Shown one piece after another: positions 36,549 to 48,554 of a DNA stretch of 64,000 nt. Made by a program: the position numbers and the translations under genes. Origin of the DNA: Emiliania huxleyi CCMP1516 (lineage: Eukaryota); NCBI RefSeq assembly GCF_000372725.1, contig NW_005202428.1:2952670-3016669 (forward strand), read 5' to 3'. The number at the start of each line of letters is the position of its first letter. The first letter of the stretch is position 1. The notes below the pieces were generated by a model. It ran no database searches. It was not told the DNA's origin and saw nothing but the letters and a program-made list of their open reading frames with translations.

Positions 36549-36832
36549 CTTCCCCCCCCCTTAAGACTTAGCCACTTAGCTGTCACGCTCGCGGGGATGG
36601 GAACCAGGCCGCTCGCTGCAAGAACTAGACTTAGCAACTTATCCTGTTGTCGGGGCAGCCACAAGCGGGCAAAAACAAATTTGGTATTGCTAAAAATCTC
36701 TCTCTCTCAAGCGGGCTTGTCCAACCTGATCTCATTGACCTATCATCAGGCCGCTCGCTGCCCCAACCCGACTTAGCCACGGACTTTGCTCATATACCCA
36801 GGTCGTTTGTACTTCAAGGCTTAAGAGAGGAG
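36549..36832. mobile_element. Possible Tc1/mariner-type (Stowaway-like) MITE
   Basis: TA|CTTCCCCCCCCCTTAAG ... CTTAAGAGAGGAG|TA imperfect TIR with flanking TA; internal GACTTAGC repeats. Confidence 0.4.
36671..36707 (+). mobile_element. 37-bp extreme 3' end of the CRE-like element
   Basis: TTTGGTATTGCTAAAAATCTCTCTCTCT identical to 10703-10730; 9-bp TSD CAAGCGGGC at 36662-36670 and 36708-36716. Confidence 0.8.
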
Positions 36833-37455
36833 TAGGACAACAGAGCTTTTCCCCATGTTCCCACGCGCTGTGCTCTTCAGATAAATAGCGCAGACATCTT
36901 TCTTGATGCTCTTCAGTGCTCTCGGCGATTCCGGACCTCCCCCTTCCACACCGGCGAGTGTGCTTCGCAAGGGAGGGTCCGGGCTAGGGTCCGCGGCTCA
37001 CAGCATCAGAGCCCGGAGCCGAGGTGTCCGATACCACTACCTCTCGCAGGCTACCCGTTCAGTCAGCTGGCATGTCCGACACCACCATGACCCGCCAGCC
37101 AGTTCGATCGAACTGAGACAAACCCATCAGCAGTTGTGCGGTCAAGCGACACAAAGCCGGTTCATGCCACATGCGCATCGTCTCGAGCATCCGCCGGCGG
37201 CTGACAAGCAAGCTTTGGTCAAGGTCCAGCGTTCCCCGGGGGGCGCGACCGTAACCCTGACACGTGGAGCACGAACCCTCGCGCCAAAACGACCCGCCAA
37301 GGCCCTATTGAATACGTGCGAACCAGCCCCTGCCGACCGCGGCCGAGGCCGCCGAGCGCCGGAAGAGACAGCGCGAGCGAGGTCTCGCGCCCGTCGTCAC
37401 TCCCTCGCTGCGGCTGGATCCGCCGGCCGCACGGCCGAGTGGGGCAGCAGCGGCG

Positions 37456-38801
37456 ATGCCGCCTCCGCAGCCTCCGCAGCCTCCGCAGCATCGCCAACCG
37501 CAGCCTCCTCGGCCGACACCGAGCGCGGGTCCGTCGTCTGCCGCGCCGGCCCCAAGCGTGGGCGGCCGCGGCGGTGCCGCCGCCGCCTTGCCGACTCGCC
37601 CCAGCACTCCGGCCCAGCCGCCAAACGGCGTCGTGGTCTCGACCCGCCAGCGCGGCAATCCAGTGCTGGCGGCCATCAAGGCGGTGCCGTGGGCCTACGG
37701 CCCCACGACGGCCGACTTTCTGATCCCGGACGGGGCGTGTGCGCTCTTCCTGTCGCTTCGGTACCACCTGCTGCACCCAAACTACCTTCTCGCGCGGCTG
37801 AGAGAGCTGCGCGAGCTCACGCCGCTGCGGCTGGTGCTCCTGCTCGTCGACTCGGAGGCGCCCGAGCGGCCCATCCTCACCGTGCTGCAGCAGGCCACGG
37901 CGCACGAGTGCACGCTGCTGCTCGGCTGGTCGGTGGGCGAGGTGGCGCGGTACGTCGAGACGCTGCGCGCGTACGCCAAGAAGGGCGCGGAGTCCATCCG
38001 CGAGAGGCGAGACGCGGCCCGAGATGCAGCCGAGATGCAGCCGAGATGTGGCGGAGATGTGGCGCGAGGGCGGCCGTGGAGTGTCGACCCGAGGAGCCTC
38101 GCAGCTGAGCCCCTCTCGGCAGGTCGGACGGCACTTTCCTCGCCCAGCTGACGGACGTGCTGACCACCTCGCGCCTCGTCAACAAGACGGACGTCGCGAC
38201 GCTCAACAACACCTTCGGCCCCAGACCCTCCTGCGAGCAAGCGCCCTGGCGACGAGGCGAGGGCTGAGACCGAGGCCTTCCGCCCGTAGGCTCTCTCGCG
38301 CGCATCATGGCCGCCGCCAGAGCACGCGCGATCCGGCCCAAGCAGACGGCCCGCTGAACCGCCACCGCCTCCGCTCTAGGCGGCAACAGAGCAAGAGCTC
38401 ACTCTCTGCCCCGGCCTCGGTGGCCCCAATCTCGGAGCGGCCCGACCCTGGCCTTGACCCCCTCGTGGAGTGACAGCGCCTCCCCTCTAGGCCCGACCAA
38501 GGCGAGCCCCAGCCGCCCGCCCACTTTGCAGCCCACACTTGCCGCCAAACCCTTGACGCTCTCTCGGCCCCCAAAACAGGTGCGCCGGCTTCGCGAAGCT
38601 TTCCACGAGCCCTTCATCCCCGCCTACGCGCGCCGCGCCGCTGCCGCCGCCGCCGCTTCGGGCTCCGGCTCCGTTGCCGCCCCAGCCTCATCTGTTGCGT
38701 GTGCCGGTGCCTCCGCCGCAACCGCTCCTGCCGACGACACGGCCGCGGACACAGCCACGGGCGATTCGTCGGAGCAGACTGAGGACAACGGTGCCCGATG
38801 A
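37456..38801 (+). CDS. ERCC1: DNA excision repair protein ERCC1/Rad10, multi-exon
   Basis: VSTRQRGNPVL, ALFLSLRYHLLHPNYL, LLLVD, TLLLGWS...ARYVET, LVNKTDVATL, VRRLREAFHEPF. Confidence 0.95.
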
Positions 38802-39056
38802 GTTGATGAATAGTGTACGAGATTCATTCAGTTGGGGAAAGGGGTGTGTTTTGGGCGGCTCCGCGTTCGGTGCCCCTGTTAGTTCCTATAGCATCGCGTA
38901 TGTGAGCGCGTTCCCATTTTTTTGTATTTCACACACGCACGGGTCACAGCACACAGGCTCACAGCGCTCGCTCGCGATCCGTCGGAGAGCGTTTTTTCGG
39001 CCGCGGCGCGCGCGCGCCGCGCGCGCGCGGCGCGAGCGAGGCGACGGCCGCGCGGA

Positions 39057-40025
39057 CTGAGCCCTGGTCTGACAGCAAACCCGGACAGCGCCTGACAGTG
39101 CCCGACAGCCTGACAGCGTTGACAGCACTTTCTCTGACAGTCTGACAGCACGTATCTGACAGCCTGACAGCAGAGTCTGACATCAGAGGGGCTCCGTCGC
39201 TGTCAGGCCCTAACGTGACAGCCTGACAGCTGCCTGACAGCCCGACAGCACACACCTGACAGCAGCGCTGACAGCCCGACAGCCCGACCAGCCCGACAGC
39301 AGCACAGACCGTACACAGCCGTGCAGCCTCTTTCTTGCACCCCATGAGGGTATAACAAAACATGCAAAGACATGTGAGTGTGGTCCATGTAGTCATGGGC
39401 TGGTCATGGGTCTCTCTCTCAACCCTCCGTCCTTCCCGCCCCACCTCTGCGGACCCCTCTCTAGCACCGGCGGCTGTGCTACTACAAATGAAGCTACCAG
39501 CTAGCCTTCTGGGGCCCTACAGTCATATGCCTACGGCGTCTGGGTGGGGGTGGCCGCGGGCCGCCGTCTGTGCCGCGCTGCCGCCGCCGCCGCCTGCGCC
39601 TGCGCCGCCATCTGCGCTCCCCAGGCGGACCCCTTCTAGGCAGAGTAGAGACTAGAGTGTGTGTAGTAGAGTCCTGCTGGTCTCCTCTTGATAATGTCAT
39701 AAGTGTGGATAGTGTGTCAGAGCCTGACAGCACCCCGACAGCACCAACCGACAGCACCTGACAGCAGCACCGGCGTCTCTGACAGCAGCAGCAGCCCGAC
39801 AGCTCTGACAGCTCCGACAGCGTCTGACAGCAACACCCGACAGCTCCGACAGCACCCGACAGCTACGGAGCCCCTCTGATGTCAGACAAGCACCCGACAG
39901 CACCCGACAGCACTGACAGCACCTGACAGCTGGTCTGACAGAGGCACCTGACAGTGCCTGACAGTGCCTGACAGCCTGACAGATCACACCTGACAGCACC
40001 TGACAGCCTGACAGCCAGGGCTCAG
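39057..40025. mobile_element. Non-autonomous TIR element with 8-bp TSD and dense CTGACAG subterminal arrays
   Basis: TIR CTGAGCCCTGG/CCAGGGCTCAG; TSD CGCGCGGA at 39049-39056 and 40026-40033; dozens of C(T/C)GACAG units at 39070-39300 and 39720-40015. Confidence 0.9.
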
Positions 40026-40749
40026 CGCGCGGAGCACCGCGCGCCGGCCGCCGCGGAGCCACCAGCACCACAGGCCGCACTTATAGGGTACCCCTAGGGT
40101 TCTGAGGGCCGGAATTTTTTAAGACCTTTTCAGAAGTGAGCTGGTTTGGGGGCTTGTGACGGCTTGAATTGCCATTTAAGAGATTGCAGTCACATAGAGG
40201 GTCCCTCTTTTTTAAGACCGTTTAAGAAAATCGGCCTCACCGGCATGCGCATCGCTGGGTACCGCGCCGGTTTCTCCAATACTGCCGTTATTAGGCACAA
40301 CCCTGCATCTGAAGACACATCTGTAAGTCTGGTGCACTGGCGGGAGCCATACTCGCATAGGGGACGCGTGCTAGCTGACTGTAGCCAGCTTCCCGGCCTC
40401 CGCGCTCCGGCGTCTACCGGGAGCCTCCCGGACCATCGACCTCGGGAGCTCTCCCGCACCGTTTAAGCGTTTAAGACCGTGTTCCGTTAAGGATTCGGCG
40501 GCCCGTGCAGCAACCGCCCTAGGGCGGTTTTAAGCCGTTTTTGTAGTTTAATTAAGCCGCAGGTGCCTCAGGGCCCACCCCTTTAAGCCGAAAGGGCACA
40601 TGCACAGCACATGCACATGCAACGCGGGGCGTGGGCGGCGGGAAAGCGCCCGGCCGCGGAGTGGGAGTCGCATGGGAGTCGAGAGTCGTGACGTGTCGAG
40701 AGCGGTCACGGATGTGTTGTGAGATGTGACTTGTGTGTTGTGAGACTGA

Positions 40750-42418
40750 AATAAATAAATAAAAACGGACACCTCTCTACTGTGAGATGGGTAAAAAGGA
40801 ACAGGTCCCCGCCCTTGCGATCTTTGTGCAGGGTTCTTTGTGGGTGTGGTCGGCGACTAGCTCCGGCGGGTCGTCCTCCCCGATGGGGGACTAGCACTAG
40901 CCGTCTTCCACATGGTCCCTCGGGTCCCTGCTGCTCCTAATCTCTTCGTACATCCTCCTGCTGATCTCCGCAAAGTCCTGCTCCCTCCCTCGTCTCGCCC
41001 TGCGCGTCTGCTCCGCCTCACCGTCTTCTGCCCTGCGTCGTGTGGCGACGGGGTCCTCCATAGTCGGTCGAGGTCGCCGCCCCTCCTCTGCGACTCCCTC
41101 AAGGCCGGCCGAGCCTCTTTCCACCCAGTGAAGAGCTTCCTCAGCCACTCGATGTGTTCCTCTCTCTTCTTTATGCGCGCCGTAGCCTCATCATTGAGCT
41201 GGATCCACCTCTGCACCGCGCCCGTCGCCGCCTCGGCCACGACTTGCAAGTTCTCGTGACCCCGGCGCCAAGGTCCCTCCGGCTCTTCTCCGAGAGATCA
41301 TCTACCAGCGCCGGCAACACCCCCCCGACGGCTGGGGCTAGTGCATCGTACCCGTCCTCATCCAGCACCCTATAGCGTGAGCCCTTCAGCGCAGCGACAT
41401 GCGCTATCCCTCAGCGTCTTCAGCGTATCCTTGGAGTCGGGTGCCGCCTGGGCTACTTTGCTGATCGCCGTCCCCGTCTGCGCTCGCGCTACTCTGAGGA
41501 ACCATCTGGCCTGCTCCCTATTCCCCAGGCAGGCGCCGCTAAGCAAGTGCGCCATCGTCGCTCTAGGCGGGTTCTCATCTTCCTCGGTCCATTGCTGCGC
41601 GGCTTTCCGCACGATCGGACACAGCGGGTCTCGCTTTAGTGCCGCCCTCCTCGCCGCGTCCCTCGCGGCCTTACAGACGAGGCAGCCCCTGAGTTCGCTC
41701 CTTGTGGCGGCGCCCGGGGTCTCTCTCCCCGCCTCTCCCCGCATAATCCTCTCGTGGTGCGCTCCGTGTGGCACCCCCGCCTGCTGCCGCACACGCGCTC
41801 CCATGACGGTCTTTGTCACCACGTTATGATCATCCACGTCGGCGAATTCAATCTCGCGCTCGCCGTGCTGATCCTTGATCCGCTGGCGCTTGTCCCATTT
41901 GTGTCTCTCGTCGTTCCCCTGACCACATCGCTCCACAGCGGCCCCGTCACCCCTGCCGTGTGCGACCCCGCCGTGAGCCCCTCGCCGAGCCGTCCTCGCA
42001 CCCACTCGTTCGTGTGGCCGCGTGTGGCGTAATAAGTCCTCCGGTCCAGTACGTCTCCCCTCCACTCTCCGTCTGCCGTCCTCGCGGTCCGTGTATAGAC
42101 ACGGGCGTGTCCTCACTGCTCCACGGATGACGGCGGTGGCATACTCAATCTCACTGGCCCCCATGTATGCAGTCGCCGCTGCGTCGGCGTAGGCGTTGCC
42201 AGCGCACCCCGCGTGGCTCGGTACCCACAGGAACGTGACAGATTCGAGCTGGGCGCGATATCTGCATACCCCCATTAACTGAGCCCCCCGATCCCACTCC
42301 CTGAGCCCCTCGAGAGAGCCTTTTCGGTACGCCGCCTCGATCTGCTGTAGCGCGGGCTTGCAGTCGCTCAAGACGAGGCACCTCCTGTCCGCCGCGCATC
42401 TTCCGCGCCGTTGCCATC
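40750..42418 (-). mobile_element. 5'-truncated LINE with RNase H and Zn-knuckle-like C-terminus (degenerate), (ATTT)n tail
   Basis: VLSDC...VTFLWVPSHAGCAGNAYADAAA (RNase H); CLVC...TMAHLLSGAC; 12-bp TSD TTGTGAGACTGA at 40738-40749 and 42419-42430. Confidence 0.9.
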
Positions 42419-42700
42419 TTGTGAGACTGAGAGTTGTGTCTTGTGTGAGAAAACTCTCGAGTGAGAACTAGGGCGCAGGGCTAGCGCCGCAGAGCGCGCC
42501 GAACACGAAAGTGTCCGTTTCATTTTTAGAAATGCATTCATTAGCATGTTTCGCAGGGGCGCCCACGAGACGCGCAGCGCCATACACGCTTGGCGCCCAA
42601 GGGCGGCCCGAAAGAGTCCCTGCGCCCGCTCTCTCGCAGTGCTCTCGACCGCATACCGACACTACTTTCCACAATCTGGTTCCTGGCCGCTCTTCAGTCG

Positions 42701-43372
42701 CTATCCTTCGCCTTCAGCAGCGCCGGGCATGCCAAGACCTTCTGCAGGACGTGCCTCGCCCTCGCCCTCGCCCTCGCCCTGCCCACCGACAGACATGTCG
42801 CCCTCCTCGCCCTCGCCAGCCTCGCCGCCCGCCTCGGCCGCGCCGTCGCCGCGGCCGTCCGGCGTCGCGACGTCGTAGGGGTGGTCCGCGCCTGCGCGCA
42901 AAGATGGGCACGCCGCGGTTGGGGCAACGGCGCCATGTCGTGTGTGTGTGGTTTGGAGAGAGGTCAGGCTGCGGCATCTACGGCATGCACGTTCGAGGGC
43001 GAGGAGCGCGGAGGAGAGGCGACGCTCGAGCGCCTCTCGCTGGCTGCTGGAGAGCTGGCTTGCGCCGCCGCCATCGAGCGACTCGAGCAGCTCCATCAGC
43101 CGCGCCTCTCTCGAGATCTCGGAGGACGAGGTGGCCGAGGGCAGCGCTAGGTCGGCCGCCGCGACTCCTGTCGCCTCGCCGAGCGATACCGGCCCCGTGC
43201 CTGCTGCGCGGGCGGGCGTCCAGCCGCTGCGGGTGGGGTCGCTCGACGTGCTGAGGAAGAGGTAGATGGCGGAGATGGCGATCGTCGTCCACAAAAGCAC
43301 CATGCTCGAGAGGATGAGCAGCTTATGATATCGCCGGATTGTTGCCCAGCTGGCGGTGGTGGAAGGGACCAT
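42701..43372 (-). CDS. Hypothetical single-pass membrane protein (3' end uncertain)
   Basis: ORF with TM segment LLILSSMVLLWTTIAISAIYLFL. Confidence 0.45.
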   Translation of the reverse strand: MVPSTTASWATIRRYHKLLILSSMVLLWTTIAISAIYLFLSTSSDPTRSGWTPARAAGTGPVSLGEATGVAAADLALPSATSSSEISREARLMELLESLDGGGASQLSSSQREALERRLSSALLALERACRRCRSLTSLQTTHTRHGAVAPTAACPSLRAGADHPYDVATPDGRGDGAAEAGGEAGEGEEGDMSVGGQGEGEGEGEARPAEGLGMPGAAEGEG

Positions 43373-43693
43373 CTGAAGATTAGCCGCCTCGCACGGACTG
43401 CGGTCAGCTTTCGCTAGCCCGTAGCGCACCTTCAGACGGAGTGGTGGTGGTAGGGGTCGCAAGAGCCTTTTTGTGTTCGCGCAAAAATAATTTTTCCTCT
43501 ACCCGTGGGGCGCGGCGGGGGCGGCGGGTGTGCGGGATGTCCGTGGGCCCGAGCGCGATGCCTGATTTTTGTTTCAAGTCGAAGAAAAAAGAAATCGCGC
43601 TGCGCTGCCGCCACTTCACATCCTCGCGAGGCGATCGAGGCACACCGCCTCTGCGTCCCTTTCGTACCTAGTGACGCCAACTTCCAGGGCCGC

Positions 43694-44546
43694 CATGTTG
43701 CCAGGCAGAGCCCTCCTCTTGTCGGTGGCCTGCTGTCCGTCAGCTCTCGGGGCGCTCCTCGCCCCTCTCCCCGCCGCCGCGCGTATGCGCACACCAATGA
43801 TGGTGGTCACGTCGTGGTATGACTCTGGCGTTCGGCTCGCGTCATACACGCCGCCTGCTGCTGCCCACAAAGCGATGCCTCCGCCGCCCGCCCCGCTGCC
43901 GCCGCCGCCGCCGCCGCTCACCGCCTCGGCGGAGGCGAGCCTCGCAGCGGCGGCCATCTCGGCCGTCGCCGTCCTTGGTATCGACCTCGCATCCTTTGGG
44001 GTGGTCGAGAACTTGGATGCGGCGGTGCTTGTGGGTGGGCTGGCGCTCTCGCAGGTTCCGACCCACCGCCGCGCCCCGTGCTGGCCCGCCGCCGCGCCCC
44101 GAGCGCTCTCAGTGAACGTCACGTCACGGCGCATACGCTGCTGCTAGGTGGAGGCGCGAGGCCCCATCGGCGACGCGCTTCGCGCCGTCGGTAATGCTAC
44201 GAGCGGCGCGCTCGGCGCCGTCGGCGGTGTGTTCCGTCCGGTCGGCCGGTTCTGGGCGGATAACGAGGTTGGTCTCACGTCGCGCGCAGTGCTGGAGCTG
44301 GGTCTCGAGAATGCGATCTATGCCCTCGACCCGAAGCGGCGCAAGGCGGAGAAGGCCGCGGCAACGGCGGAGGCGGCGGCGGCGGCGGCGGCGACACTGC
44401 GCGCCGAGAGGGACGCGGTGCCAATCTTTTCGCTGCAGGACCGGTGGGCGATGGACGAGGAGGTGCGCGAGGCGGAGCGGGCGGCGAGCGAGGCGAAACG
44501 GGCCGCGCAGGCAGCGTACAAGGAGCTCGCGCGTGACGAGCGGTAG
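43694..44546 (+). CDS. Hypothetical, probably plastid-targeted protein (intron at about 44055-44147)
   Basis: Signal-like MLPGRALLLSVACC; VTSWYDSGVRL; GT-AG intron joins LALSQ/VEARGPIGDALRAVGN; coiled-coil C-terminus. Confidence 0.7.
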
Positions 44547-44823
44547 GAGGGTCGAGGCGGCGCTCTCCGTGGCGAAGCAACGTCGCTGGCAGAGATGCGG
44601 TAGGATTCCTATGTAGGGCCGCGCGGAGGGGAGAGGGCAGGGGTGTTCGCCAGGATGTGGCCAAGCTGGCGAGGTGGCCGGGTAGTGTGGCGGCGAGGCT
44701 CGCGCGTAGGAACACGGTCGCCGGTGTGTTGTAGCCGTGCGCTCGGGTCGGGAGGGACGCGGCGTCGGGATGGGGCGGGGCGCGGCGCGGCGCGGCGCGG
44801 CGCGTGTGTTTTGTTGTGTTCTG

Positions 44824-45278
44824 CAGTCTCGCTCCCAATACGTGCATCACTTATGTGACGGTGTCACAACTTTGATCAACCATATCTCGATAACTAGCAT
44901 GTCGACGCTCATGAAAGTAGGCGCAATCGATCGGGCGCCGGGCGCCCAGTTGATTGCGCCTACTAGCTACTACCTCCAACGGGGCGGTCTGGATCACGGG
45001 GGATGACATCCTGCCTCCCGGCACGCGCCGGGAGGGAGGTGGGTGCTCCGCCGCCGGACCGCCCTCTCCACCACCCTCGCCCAGGGATCTACAACGCTGT
45101 CTTAAGGTCCGACAGGTTCGGCACCGGGCACCGCCTCGGTATACAAAATGGTAAATGCGCCTGCGGGCGGACCCTCACAGGTCACAGATCACCAAAGTGA
45201 GAGCGTCGACATTGTAATATGGTTGATCAAAGTTGTGACACCGTCACTTAAGTGATGCACGTATTGGGAGCGAGACTG
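44824..45278. mobile_element. MITE with about 62-bp TIR and 4-bp TSD
   Basis: CAGTCTCGCTCCCAATACGTGCATCACTTA.GTGACGGTGTCACAACTTTGATCAACCATAT at 44824 and its reverse complement ending at 45278; TSD TCTG. Confidence 0.9.
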
Positions 45279-46492
45279 TCTGTGTCATTGGTAGGTAGGT
45301 AGGTAGAAAGGTGAAGAACAGCCAGGCTCGGACTGGACACCAACGCGGTATGGGTGGACGCTGGACAGATGATGACGACACGCACGAGCGACACACAGAC
45401 ACAAACAAGCTCACAAGACACACAGCCAGCGGGCTGCCACACACCCTGAGTCGGCGTACACATAACTCAGGGCCACATCCTCCCTGTCGCCCCCCCCAGC
45501 ACTCCACGGTGCCAAGGGCACAAACAAGGGCACAACTCAAACAACAGACGACAGGAAGTGACATGCGAGGCTAGAGCAGGCTTGCTCTACCTCCAGCAAT
45601 CTCTCCGGCCGGCGAGGCACGGACGAGACCGTGTGTGGGGTCTAAGTGAGGTGTCTATGGACGCTCTCCTCACGGGCTAGCTGCCTGCGGCTAGCCCTAA
45701 TCTCGCACTCACGGGCAGTGACAATTCAATGGGTGAGTGTTTGCGAGCAGAGGCGCGTGGGCTAAATCTAGGCCGCACGTCGTGGCACTATGACGAAGTT
45801 AGACGTGCGGCCGCAGCGCGCCCGCCGCAGGCTCGGCGGTGCGCGCGTGTTAGCGAGCAAGTTGCGGGTGGAGCCATGCCCGACTTTTCGAAGGTGAGGC
45901 CTCTGCGACGAGTGCCAGCCGCGCTGCGGAGCCACACCCTTCGAGCCGCGTCCCGTCGGCACTGTCCCCGAGTAGTCCCGCCTTGGCGGCACACACTCTC
46001 GACCAGGACAGTCCGGCCTCCGGGAACGTGTCGCACGCCGGCGACGATTGCGGCGTGGTCGTTTTGAAGCGAAGATGGCACGACCACCACCCTGCTTCGC
46101 AGACCGGGCAAGGAGGGGGCTGCTCCCGTTCCGCGAGGAACAGGAGGTCTCCCCCCCTCCCCCGGCCTGAGCAGCGGCGGATGGAAGGCAGCCCCGTGAG
46201 TCGAGGGCGGCGCGACCATTGCCGAGCTCCAGCGACCAAAGGCCCGGGCGTCTGCTGATGGTCGCGCCGCCCCGCTCCGCGCCGCCCGCCGCCGCGCCGC
46301 GCCGCCGCCTCGCGCAGCCGCCGCGCCGCGCCCCGCCCGATGATTAATAATTAAGATTACCCGGAATACGGTACGCAATTAAGGAATTAATGAGTGAATT
46401 AATCAATTAATTGAGCGCCCTCGCGTCACCTATGACTCGATCAGTGTGAAGGTGAAGAGATGTCACCGAGCGTGCGAGCAGCTGGCCCGGGG

Positions 46493-46749
<257 letters not shown>

Positions 46750-47534
46750 AAGGGGGGCGGGGGGGGGGGAGGCATCAGGAGCAGCATCACTAGTCCTCGT
46801 AGTCCATCATGAAATAAACTCAAAGGTCCACCACAGCCTCCAGCCTCCACCTCCACCCGCGAGCCTCCACCGCTGCCGCCCGCGACGCCGCCCGCCGCGT
46901 CAGATTGTCACGACGCGCCCATCGAGTCGCGTCGGAGAGCCGCGCCGCACCAGCAGCAGCATCTGCACCACCACCAGCAGCAGCAGCAGCACCACCACCA
47001 CCAGAGAGAGAAGCGCACTGCCCGACGCCGCCCGCCGCGTCAGATGCTCGCGACGCGCTCGTCGAGCCCAGTCGCAGAGCCGCGCCGCGCCAGCAGCAGC
47101 ATCTGCATCAGCAGCAGCACCACCACCACCACCAGCAGCAACAGAGACATGCAGTGCAGGCGCAGAAGCGCTCGCAGAGCGGCGCGCAGAGCCGCGCACG
47201 CCACGCTGCGGACCGTCGGACGAGCGCATCGTACGTCGGCGGCGAGCCGCGTCGCCAGCCGTCTCGCGAGAGAGCGGCGCCGCCGCGTGCGCGCAGCAGC
47301 CGCCGCGGCAGAGGCGAGCCGCGACGACGTCCGCATAACGGATAACTGCCATTCGCGGTTGCCATGTTCAGGTACACCATTGTCATTGGTTTCGCCAAAA
47401 AAGAAATAAAATAGCCAAAAGAATTCAAGCCAGACACCACCTTGGCCCCCGCGCGAGTATCCAGTGCCATTTCGCCCGGCCACGCCCGGCCATCCTGCAG
47501 CCGCTGTCGCCACCGCTATACCCGCTAGTGCTGC

Positions 47535-48554
47535 ATGCGTCGTTCGCGCAGGTCGCGCACATCGGCGGCTGAGTCGACATCGTCATCCCACTTGGCTGAG
47601 TCGACATCATCCGCCCAGGGTGAGGCCGCGCCTCCTTCGCCAGATTTGGTGGCGCTGCTCGCGGCAGTGAATGGCGACGAGAGGCTCGTCGAGTCGATTG
47701 AGCGCCACCGCTTTGGTGAGAGCGCAGAGGCGCTCTGCGCCCGCTTTGCTCGTGCTCGCGCCGGCTCGCTGCCAAAGGCGCTTGCGATGCTGCGCAGGGA
47801 CATGGAGCGGCGAGAGGAGCGCGGCTTTGCCGACCTTCGCGCGATGAGCGCGGCGCAGGTGCTCTCCCTCTCACCGTCCCGCGACGGCTCCGACGGCGGG
47901 GCGTTGCGCGACCGGCTGCTTGGCGAGTGGAACCCCACCGGCCTCCTCGGCCGGGACTATGCCGGAAGGCCGGTGCTCTATCGCAACTTTTCTCGCACCC
48001 GCCTGTGGGACGTCCCGCTGCCGCTGAGCGCCCTGCTCAAGTACAACGAGTGGGTGTCCGAGCGGCTGGCCGCGTCGATGGGCGATGTCGGCAAGTGGAC
48101 GATCGTGATTGACGTCGCCAACATGGGCGCTGTGCAGTGCCTGCACCCGACCCACCTCGCCTTTTGCAAAGGTCTCGCCAGGACGGACGCGGCCCACTAT
48201 CCCGAACGGCTCGGCCGGCTGCTGCTGATCAACGCGCCAGCCGTCTTTGAAAAGTTCTGGAACGCGTTCAAGGCCGTGCTCGACCCAAACACGGTCGCCA
48301 AGATCGACATCCTCGGCAGCGGCCCCGCCGTGCAGAGGCGCCTCGCCGAGCTGATGCCGCCCGAGATCCTGCCCTTGGCCCTCGGCGGCAAGGCCACGCT
48401 GTCGCTGGCAGGGCTCGACCCCGCGCTGCCATCGCTGCCGCCGAGCGCCCCGGTGTTTGACGTGGTCGCGACCAGGTCCAGCCGCGGCTCGGGGATCGCG
48501 TGCGTCGCCGTGTACGATTGCGAGGAGGAGCCGTCGCCGCAGGCGGAGGAGTGA
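47535..48554 (+). CDS. CRAL-TRIO (Sec14-like) lipid-binding protein, intronless
   Basis: RFARAR, GRDYAGRPVLY, IVIDVANMG, HYPERLGRLLLINAPAVFEKFWNAFKAVLDPNTVAKI, LPLALGG. Confidence 0.92.
   Translation: MRRSRRSRTSAAESTSSSHLAESTSSAQGEAAPPSPDLVALLAAVNGDERLVESIERHRFGESAEALCARFARARAGSLPKALAMLRRDMERREERGFADLRAMSAAQVLSLSPSRDGSDGGALRDRLLGEWNPTGLLGRDYAGRPVLYRNFSRTRLWDVPLPLSALLKYNEWVSERLAASMGDVGKWTIVIDVANMGAVQCLHPTHLAFCKGLARTDAAHYPERLGRLLLINAPAVFEKFWNAFKAVLDPNTVAKIDILGSGPAVQRRLAELMPPEILPLALGGKATLSLAGLDPALPSLPPSAPVFDVVATRSSRGSGIACVAVYDCEEEPSPQAEE

Noticed and set aside
39070..40015. CRISPR-like appearance of the CTGACAG and CTCTACAG arrays
   Set aside because: Units are 7-11 bp with no 25-40 bp repeat/unique-spacer structure, there are no cas genes, and they lie within TIR/TSD-bounded elements
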